From positions 21,674 to 85,673 of the forward strand of contig CAMJNF010000002.1 of assembly GCA_946407235.1 (NCBI GenBank): 64,000 nucleotides of DNA, in the 5' to 3' direction. Position numbers and translations under genes: made by a program. Each line of letters starts with the position of its first letter. The first letter of the stretch is position 1. This DNA comes from an uncultured Fibrobacter sp. GTDB taxonomy: Bacteria; Fibrobacterota; Fibrobacteria; Fibrobacterales; Fibrobacteraceae. Shown here in pieces: positions 59,111 to 64,000 of the stretch. A model generated the notes under the pieces. That model did no database searches. It worked only from the letters and a program-made list of their open reading frames with translations, and was not told the DNA's origin.

Positions 59111-59599
59111 TTACTTTATCGGCTGATCCCAAGGATAATTCACAAGCGAGGAATCCCTCGGACCGACTTTTATAACAACTTCTTTAGGAAACGTCCCATA
59201 AGCTCCCGAATGTCTCGATGGAGTTAAAGCAAAGGACGTAAGTGTATATAACGGGAAAGTCGTCAACACATCACCCAAAACCTGCAAGCCTTGCCCCGAA
59301 GGAGAAGGCGGATCCCAGCCACTCAAACCGCCTCCAGACGCTGAGGTATTTCCTTCGCGATATACATTCACACCGCCATAAATAATTCCATTCTTAATGA
59401 CTTGCAAATAGACATGGTCACTACCCGTCATGGTCTTCACAATGCAATTGCCGCTCGTCTCACAAGCCAATTTTCCATCGCAGTAAATAGAATAATCGTC
59501 TCGACCATCAGAAAGACGCACAGCCATAGAAGAGCTCATGCACCCGACAAATAAAGACGAAAGAATAAGCAACAAACAATATTTCACGTTACGCCCCAC
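59111..59599 (-). CDS. Hypothetical lipoprotein
   Basis: FVG-C lipobox; 7 nt downstream of the 59607..59954 gene. Confidence 0.65.
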   Translation of the reverse strand: MGRNVKYCLLLILSSLFVGCMSSSMAVRLSDGRDDYSIYCDGKLACETSGNCIVKTMTGSDHVYLQVIKNGIIYGGVNVYREGNTSASGGGLSGWDPPSPSGQGLQVLGDVLTTFPLYTLTSFALTPSRHSGAYGTFPKEVVIKVGPRDSSLVNYPWDQPIK

Positions 59600-59606
59600 T
59601 TATAAA

Positions 59607-59954
59607 TTACTTTATCTTACGAGAAACGTAACTGATAATAGGAATAAAGTCATTCGGTTCATAAGCGATGTGTCCGTAATTCCAAACGAGCTTTTTATTC
59701 TTCTTTCTTTTTTCGATAATAACAGCCACACCGACTTCTTCTCGAATCAACTTAATTTGCAACAGATAATCGCAATCTTCTTTTTTGGTAACAATGGCAT
59801 AGCCATCTATAGCAGCGTATTCCTTGACCAACGCAGTAATTCTTTTAGCGTAATCGCCGTGGACACCATGCAACTGCACAGGCAAAATAAAGTATTCAGT
59901 TTTTGCCCACAAGGCAGATGCAAACAGCAATGTTATCGCAACAAATCGGAACAT
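59607..59954 (-). CDS. Exported hypothetical protein
   Basis: Signal peptide ending ALWA; TATATT box 6 nt before ATG. Confidence 0.65.
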   Translation of the reverse strand: MFRFVAITLLFASALWAKTEYFILPVQLHGVHGDYAKRITALVKEYAAIDGYAIVTKKEDCDYLLQIKLIREEVGVAVIIEKRKKNKKLVWNYGHIAYEPNDFIPIISYVSRKIK

Positions 59955-60000
59955 GTACCTAATATAACATTTATCCGAGCAAACGCGTAGAATAAACTTA

Positions 60001-60099
60001 ACTAGATCCTGCTCCTACGAACCTAAACGATACTCGCCACTTTAGTGGCATAGTAGAGTTATGCTCTTTGAGTATAATTCAACTCCGCTCAGGATGACA
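60001..60099. repeat. Composite family B REP-like element
   Basis: AGATCCTGCTCCTACGAACCTAA...CTCAGGATGAC with internal GCCAC-TTTA-GTGGC hairpin. Confidence 0.7.
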
Positions 60100-60116
60100 C
60101 GTCTAAGTTCTACCAA

Positions 60117-62003
60117 CTAATCCAATTTGTACTTTTCTTTTGCTTCTTCGAGTGCGGCGGTCGCCTTTTCCCAGGCCGCGTAAAGCTCTTCGGTCAGCTT
60201 TTTATTGTCGTCCATTTCTTTTGCAATCGAAGTGATGGCGTTCCCATCGCCCGATTCCGAGGCGGCAACCAGTTTCGCTTCAAGTTCTCCGCCAATCGTT
60301 TCGGCTTTGGCGATTTCGGCTTCATAACGCGCAGCTTCTTTTTCGAGCGGCTTGATGACCTTGCTGCGTTCGGCGATGTAATCGGCTCGCGCCTTACGGT
60401 CTTCCTTTGTACGAAGCACAGAACCTGCAGGCTTGTCATCCGTAACATCAATATTGGAAACTTTGATATTTGCAGAATTTGCACCGCCCGGTTTCTTTTC
60501 AGAAGCCCAGCCCACTTTTTCCAGGAAGTCAGCGTAGCTACCTTCGAACACGCGGCACTTACCACCATCAAAAACAATCAAGCGGTTCGCAAAGGCATGC
60601 AAAAGTTCTTCATCATGCGTTACGACAAGTGCAGTGCCCTCATAATCCTCGAGCGCATCAATCAAGCTCTCGATGGATTCCATGTCCAAATGGTTCGTCG
60701 GTTCGTCAAGCAAAAGCATGTTGCTTTCATTCGCCAGAATCTTGCCCAACAGCACACGGCTGCGTTCACCACCCGAAAGCACCTTGACCTTCTTCATCGC
60801 GGCATCGCCACTGAACATCATCACGCCTGCGAGGCTACGGGCGCGGCTTTTCTGCGACACATCCGTAATCGCCGTTGCAATTTCTTCTTCAACCGTGTTG
60901 TCGAGATTCAAGCGGTTGATGTTCGTCTGACCAAAGTAATTTATCTTGAGGTTCGGATTGTAATTGATGGAGCCTTGGGTCGGTTCAAATTCTTTCGCAA
61001 TCAAGTTCAAGAGCGTCGTTTTACCACGGCCGTTCGGACCAATAATCGCAATGCGGTCGCCCTTGAACACTTCCATTTCGAGGTCAGAAATGAGCTCCGG
61101 ACCGAAGCCATCTTCGTTCTTGTACGCAAAATGCAATCCATGGATTTGCAACATGCGCTTGCCTGGGAATTCTGCCTCCTTGAAACTGAAATCCAGATTG
61201 CGCTCGTGCGTGAGGCGCTCGCCTGTTGCAAGCTTTGCCGCCGCCTTGATTTTTGACTGCACCATCGCAGCCTTCGCCGCCTTGTAGCGGAAACGCTCAA
61301 TGACCTTTTCGAGCTGTTCCTTTTTGCGCTGCTCGTTTTCTTGAGTGCGCATTGCGACTTCTTCTTCTTCGGCAATCGTTTCGCGAAGCTTTTCGACCGT
61401 CCCCTTGACCTTGCGCATTTTATGACGGTGGATGCCGACCGTATGCGTGCAGACCTCATCCATAAAATGATGGTCATGCGTAATCAAAAGCACTTCGCCT
61501 TTCCATGTGCGCAAAAAGCGACTGAGCCAACGCATGGAGACAATGTCCAAATAGTTCGTCGGTTCGTCGAGCAGAAGCATGTCCGGTTCCGACGCCAGGA
61601 CCTTCGCCAAATTCAGACGGATCTGGAAACCGCCCGACAAAAGCATCGGGTCTTTCTGCATGCTCTCTTCGTCAAAGCCAAGACCAAAAAGAATCGCCTC
61701 GACCTTATGCTCTTCGAGCCAACCATCCTCATTCACCTTGAGCACGCTGCACGCCTCTTCATGTACCGTCGGGTGCGTGAACTTGATGTGCTGCTGCAAA
61801 TAGCCAATCGTATAGCCCTTCGGGATGTCGATGTTACCGCCATCGATGCATTCCTGGCCGAGAATCATCTTGAAAAGTGTCGATTTACCGCAACCGTTGC
61901 GGCCCACGAGACCGACGCGTTCATGGTCGGCGACAAGCATGCTAGCGCCATCCAAAAGGACCTGCATGCCAAAAGACTTAGATACGTTCTGAATTTGAAT
62001 CAC
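60117..62003 (-). CDS. ABC-F family ATPase
   Basis: GRNGCGKS, GPNGRGKT, two LSGG and DEPTN motifs, IERFRYKAAKA linker. Confidence 0.92.
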   Translation of the reverse strand: MIQIQNVSKSFGMQVLLDGASMLVADHERVGLVGRNGCGKSTLFKMILGQECIDGGNIDIPKGYTIGYLQQHIKFTHPTVHEEACSVLKVNEDGWLEEHKVEAILFGLGFDEESMQKDPMLLSGGFQIRLNLAKVLASEPDMLLLDEPTNYLDIVSMRWLSRFLRTWKGEVLLITHDHHFMDEVCTHTVGIHRHKMRKVKGTVEKLRETIAEEEEVAMRTQENEQRKKEQLEKVIERFRYKAAKAAMVQSKIKAAAKLATGERLTHERNLDFSFKEAEFPGKRMLQIHGLHFAYKNEDGFGPELISDLEMEVFKGDRIAIIGPNGRGKTTLLNLIAKEFEPTQGSINYNPNLKINYFGQTNINRLNLDNTVEEEIATAITDVSQKSRARSLAGVMMFSGDAAMKKVKVLSGGERSRVLLGKILANESNMLLLDEPTNHLDMESIESLIDALEDYEGTALVVTHDEELLHAFANRLIVFDGGKCRVFEGSYADFLEKVGWASEKKPGGANSANIKVSNIDVTDDKPAGSVLRTKEDRKARADYIAERSKVIKPLEKEAARYEAEIAKAETIGGELEAKLVAASESGDGNAITSIAKEMDDNKKLTEELYAAWEKATAALEEAKEKYKLD

Positions 62004-62138
62004 AAGAGCAAAGATAGATTTTTAAAAGAGAGAACTTAGAACTTAGATCTTAGAACTTAGTCAATGTTGCGAACTCCTCATACAAAAAAAGCGACCCCCA
62101 AGCCAATGGGAGCCGCTCCTAAACTCAACAGAGCGAGA

Positions 62139-63278
62139 TTACTTCCAGTCGAGAACTTCGCGGTTCCAGGAAACCGGAGAACCGGTCATGATCAAGTTCT
62201 TGTCAAAGCCGCTGCCATTGCTCATCTGCTTTGCAACAAAGCCAGACTTGTACATGGTGGCCTTCTTGCCGTCCTTGTTCTTGCCATCATAGACAATGTC
62301 AAATCCGACCCATCTGTAAAGGACAAAGCCGAAGAAGTTTCTGCGGTATTCCCAAGAGTCGCTCGTGATGATGAGCTTCTTGATCTTGTAACCCTTCACG
62401 AGAGCCTTGAGTTCCTTTTCAATCTTCGGACCCTTCCAGGTCTGCTTCGGGAGATCAGCCATCTTGACCGGAGTCGGGCCACGCTTGATAGCTTCCTGGA
62501 CTTCTTCGATCGGAGACTTGCCCACGATTTCCTTGAAGTCAGTCACTTCAACTTCGTAGAACTTTTCCGGGAAAGCGACACCCTTGTAAACGCCTTGGTC
62601 GATATAGCCGTATCCTTCCGGCACATAGAAGAACTTGCCGCCCTTCTTGTAAACGAAAGCCATCGCAAAAGCGTTCTTGTCGTTATACTTCATGATGGAG
62701 CCAAAGCGGTATGCGCGCACGAATTCGCTTTCTCCCTGTTCCTTGTCCGACGGGCCAATCCAGCGGGACTTAAGGTTTCTGATATCGTTGTCCTTCGTGA
62801 TCATGTAGACTTCAGCCGGCAATTCGCCTTCGACCATCGTCTTGGTGGTATCGTCGATCTTCTTCGGATCCCAGTCATACACGAGTGCCTTCGGGGTGCT
62901 CGGGGTCGGGCCATCGACAACCGGCTTGCCAAAGCACTTGACGCACTTTGCAACATGGTCCTTCCAGAAAATGACATTGTTGTCAGCGTCCCTGTAAAGC
63001 ACGTCGTAGTTCAAGACATCCGGTTCGCGTTCTTCGGCAAGTTCATCCGTGTGGATAAACACCTTGATGATGCCCTTTTCCTTGTTGTCCTTCCAGTGGT
63101 AAAAAACGCGTTCGAGGTAACGGTTAGAAATATCGGCGCCTACCGGGAGTTCGCTTCTAGCCATTGTCGGCTTGTCAGATGCCGGAGCCAAAGCGGCATC
63201 GGCAGGGACGTCATCCTGAGCATTCGCCATGGAGAAGGCGAAAAGTCCTGCTGCAAGAGTCTTGAAAATCAGTTTCAT
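62139..63278 (-). CDS. Secreted hypothetical protein
   Basis: Signal peptide MKLIFKTLAAGLFAFSMANA, strongly biased codon usage and terminator at about 62083-62118. Confidence 0.8.
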   Translation of the reverse strand: MKLIFKTLAAGLFAFSMANAQDDVPADAALAPASDKPTMARSELPVGADISNRYLERVFYHWKDNKEKGIIKVFIHTDELAEEREPDVLNYDVLYRDADNNVIFWKDHVAKCVKCFGKPVVDGPTPSTPKALVYDWDPKKIDDTTKTMVEGELPAEVYMITKDNDIRNLKSRWIGPSDKEQGESEFVRAYRFGSIMKYNDKNAFAMAFVYKKGGKFFYVPEGYGYIDQGVYKGVAFPEKFYEVEVTDFKEIVGKSPIEEVQEAIKRGPTPVKMADLPKQTWKGPKIEKELKALVKGYKIKKLIITSDSWEYRRNFFGFVLYRWVGFDIVYDGKNKDGKKATMYKSGFVAKQMSNGSGFDKNLIMTGSPVSWNREVLDWK

Positions 63279-63291
63279 TCCATTCAACCTT

Positions 63292-63341
63292 GCGGGTTCC
63301 ATGAGTCAGCTACATTCCTGGCGAACCCACATTAGCCAGAA
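63292..63341 (-). promoter_or_regulatory. Candidate H-type pseudoknot in the 5' leader
   Basis: P1 UUCUGGC/GCCAGGA and P2 GUGGGUUC/GAACCCGC, ending 13 nt before ATG 63278. Confidence 0.35.
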
Positions 63342-63614
63342 ACGCGCATTTGGGGGATAATGTAAAAATAAAAGAAACAATTGGCAATAATTATGACGGA
63401 ATTACTACAAAAAACTTCAAAAATTCAACAATTTTCAACATCTATCAACACCCATTGTAAATAAAATTTGGGCATAAAGAAAGCCCCGCGCGTAACCCGT
63501 TAAGTTTCAAAGAGTTACTTTCCGCGAGGCTTATTCTCAAACTGTTGATAAAACGTTTATATACTTTTTCTAAGTTCTAACAACTAAGTTCTGCCAACTG
63601 CGCCATAGGCGCAT

Positions 63615-63998
63615 TTATTTTTTGTCGTGACGGCGGCGGATGCCCAAAGTAAACGTCTGATCGACATTCGCCGCAACATTCGCATCCGATATAATCTTGA
63701 ACTTGAGTTTCGCGATATAAATACCCGTTCCAACCCAGCGTCCTTTATTGGAGTGGCTATCCCACTCCAGCAATATATTGCCCGGACGGTCAACACAGTC
63801 TGTTCCAAAGACTTTCTTGTCACTGCAAAGCACTTCGCCCTTCTGCCTGAGGACAAAATTGCCAAGACTTGAGAAATAACTAACTTCCCACTTAATTCTC
63901 GCCTTCGAAAGCACAACTTCTCTCGGTTCATTAGAGTTCAACAACAGCGACTTTCCCACTTCGCTCAAGTCATACTTGATCAGTTCTCCCGGAAGGCC
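63615..63998 (-). CDS. C-terminus of a large secreted protein, probably fibro-slime family, truncated by window end
   Basis: Frame is open to the window edge (GLPGELIKYDL...). YFSSLGNFV, LEWDSHSNKGRWVGTGIYIAK and LGIRR. Confidence 0.65.
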   Translation of the reverse strand, partial: GLPGELIKYDLSEVGKSLLLNSNEPREVVLSKARIKWEVSYFSSLGNFVLRQKGEVLCSDKKVFGTDCVDRPGNILLEWDSHSNKGRWVGTGIYIAKLKFKIISDANVAANVDQTFTLGIRRRHDKK

Positions 63999-64000
63999 TC

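Noticed and set aside
45579-62003. Two ABC-F genes as antibiotic-resistance factors
   Set aside because: Features fit housekeeping Uup/YheS-like ABC-F proteins; nothing in the sequence specifically supports a resistance subfamily

Overview
Chromosomal window from a Fibrobacter-type cellulolytic anaerobe, inferred from a FISUMP lipoprotein, a probable fibro-slime C-terminus, Ser-rich lipoprotein linkers and T9SS-CTD-like tails. About 51 CDS are supported. I see no rRNA, tRNA, CRISPR array, transposase or prophage. The main feature is a tightly coupled minus-strand operon (13777 to 4275): a CBM-like protein, three related ~750-aa outer-membrane beta-barrel-type proteins, a lipoprotein and a catalytically dead GH18. 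It is followed by a GH9 and a CE1-like esterase and faces a divergent GH5 across a region carrying a perfect 17-bp direct repeat. It is a candidate SusC/D-independent cellulose/cellodextrin capture and import system. Other points: a frameshift in the esterase signal peptide; tandem GHSMGG hydrolase lipoproteins with a palindromic operator and a relic third copy; degenerate RavA-like and SLT-like proteins; a GlgM-type glucosyltransferase; a PerR box; a candidate pseudoknot 5' leader; an apparent leaderless-promoter signature on about 13 genes; and many REP-like palindromes and 7-mer repeats. All assignments come from motif recognition by eye; no database searches were run.
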